A DNA stretch of 62,906 nucleotides, the filler included, from Octopus bimaculoides (lineage: Eukaryota), in NCBI RefSeq assembly GCF_001194135.2. It is 7 parts of 7 records of this genome, joined end to end, with 100 filler letters (N's around TTAATTAATTAA, not from the genome) between each part and the next. Parts side by side here need not be neighbours in the genome. Positions count along the whole stretch, not along the records: positions 60,652 to 62,906 come from NC_068986.1; 6 more parts are not named here. One strand, given 5' to 3'. This document shows, piece by piece, positions 61,268-62,906 of this stretch (position 1 is the first letter of the stretch; each line of letters opens with the position of its first letter). The notes beneath the pieces were generated by a model. The model was not told where the DNA came from. It was given only the letters and a program-made list of their open reading frames with translations, and did not search any database. Position numbers and translations under genes: made by a program.

Positions 61268-61573
61268 CTTATCTATCTATCTATCTATCTGAATGTCTGT
61301 CTATCTCTCTTTATTTCTCTCTTTCCACCTATGATTCTTTTATCTGTACCTCTACGTTTCTTTCTTTTCCTGCCTTTCTTTCTTCTCTGTTTAACGCTCT
61401 GTCGTTTCATTGTTACTTTCTTTTTTATTTCTCCCTTCCGGTTTCTACTCTTCTGCATCTCCTCTTTAACTATCACAATCTCTCTCACTCTCTCTCTCTA
61501 TCTATCTATCTCTATCTCTCTCTATCTATCTATCTATCTATCTGTCTATCTATCAGTCTATCTCTTTCCCTCC

Positions 61574-61639
<66 letters not shown>

Positions 61640-61825
61640 CTTTCTCTCTCAATTCGTCATTCCTTTCCCCCTCTCACTTTTTCTTCATTTTCAATCCCTC
61701 CCTCACTCTCTTTGAATACCGATATATATTTCTTCTTCTCTTCCCTTCTCTCTGTCCCTCTCTCTCTCCTTTCTTCTCTCTCTCTCTCTCTCTCTCCTTT
61801 CTTCTCTCTCTCTCTCTCTCTCTCT
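61200..61825. repeat. (CTAT)n and (CT)n polypyrimidine microsatellite block
   Basis: Direct reading. Confidence 0.95.
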
Positions 61826-62712
61826 NNNNNNNNNNNNNNNNNNNNNNNNNNNNNNNNNNNNNNNNNNNNNNNNNNNNNNNNNNNNNNNNNNNNNNNNNNN
61901 NNNNNNNNNNNNNNNNNNNNNNNNNNNNNNNNNNNNNNNNNNNNNNNNNNNNNNNNNNNNNNNNNNNNNNNNNNNNNNNNNNNNNNNNNNNNNNNNNNNN
62001 NNNNNNNNNNNNNNNNNNNNNNNNNNNNNNNNNNNNNNNNNNNNNNNNNNNNNNNNNNNNNNNNNNNNNNNNNNNNNNNNNNNNNNNNNNNNNNNNNNNN
62101 NNNNNNNNNNNNNNNNNNNNNNNNNNNNNNNNNNNNNNNNNNNNNNNNNNNNNNNNNNNNNNNNNNNNNNNNNNNNNNNNNNNNNNNNNNNNNNNNNNNN
62201 NNNNNNNNNNNNNNNNNNNNNNNNNNNNNNNNNNNNNNNNNNNNNNNNNNNNNNNNNNNNNNNNNNNNNNNNNNNNNNNNNNNNNNNNNNNNNNNNNNNN
62301 NNNNNNNNNNNNNNNNNNNNNNNNNNNNNNNNNNNNNNNNNNNNNNNNNNNNNNNNNNNNNNNNNNNNNNNNNNNNNNNNNNNNNNNNNNNNNNNNNNNN
62401 NNNNNNNNNNNNNNNNNNNNNNNNNNNNNNNNNNNNNNNNNNNNNNNNNNNNNNNNNNNNNNNNNNNNNNNNNNNNNNNNNNNNNNNNNNNNNNNNNNNN
62501 NNNNNNNNNNNNNNNNNNNNNNNNNNNNNNNNNNNNNNNNNNNNNNNNNNNNNNNNNNNNNNNNNNNNNNNNNNNNNNNNNNNNNNNNNNNNNNNNNNNN
62601 NNNNNNNNNNNNNNNNNNNNNNNNNNNNNNNNNNNNNNNNNNNNNNNNNNNNNNNNNNNNNNNNNNNNNNNNNNNNNNNNNNNNNNNNNNNNNNNNNNNN
62701 NNNNNNNNNNNN

Positions 62713-62906
62713 ACCACCACAAATCAGCACCCCCACTACCACCATCATCACCACCACCACTACCACCGCCACGACTATCACCAGAACTACCACAAACACC
62801 AGCGCCACAACCACCGTCATCACCACCGTCACCACCACAACCACCACACAACTACCACCACCACAGTTATCACCACTATCACATCACTATCACCACCACC
62901 TTTGCT
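62713..62906. repeat. (ACC)n low-complexity tract
   Basis: Direct reading. Confidence 0.9.

Noticed and set aside
283-62851. Long ORFs in the supplied track made of X runs or YI/HT/CV/ER/LS repeats
   Set aside because: They span N gaps or are translations of microsatellites.

Overview
Repeat-saturated, gap-rich, AT-rich animal genomic window. The SINE families, microsatellite density and TTAATTAATTAA gap spacers suggest an Octopus-type cephalopod draft assembly (inferred, not verified by search). Only one host coding segment is well supported: the last coding exon of a PEBP-family (PEBP4-like) gene at 30-307 (+), ending in an extra hydrophobic tail that resembles a GPI-anchor signal. The rest is mobile DNA and simple repeats: tRNA-derived SINEs of at least four families, HERO, R4/Dong-like, Tx1-like and CR1-like LINE fragments, a Penelope-like (GIY-YIG) remnant, a Gypsy LTR plus gag, a Tc1/mariner transposase remnant, hAT MITEs and a 132-bp satellite. 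The most notable unexplained structure is a set of hammerhead-ribozyme motifs. A roughly 1-kb non-coding element at 25.1-26.1 kb carries two outward-facing hammerheads in long inverted arms; the + copy has a complete catalytic core and a self-complementary stem III. Four more hammerhead-like motifs occur at 12.9, 30.8, 41.0 and 47.5 kb. Also notable are a near-perfect 77-bp-arm hairpin at 30.9-31.1 kb, two further large foldbacks, and R4-like elements that repeatedly abut (CATA)n arrays. Coordinates of decayed elements are approximate and all family assignments come from motif recognition by eye.
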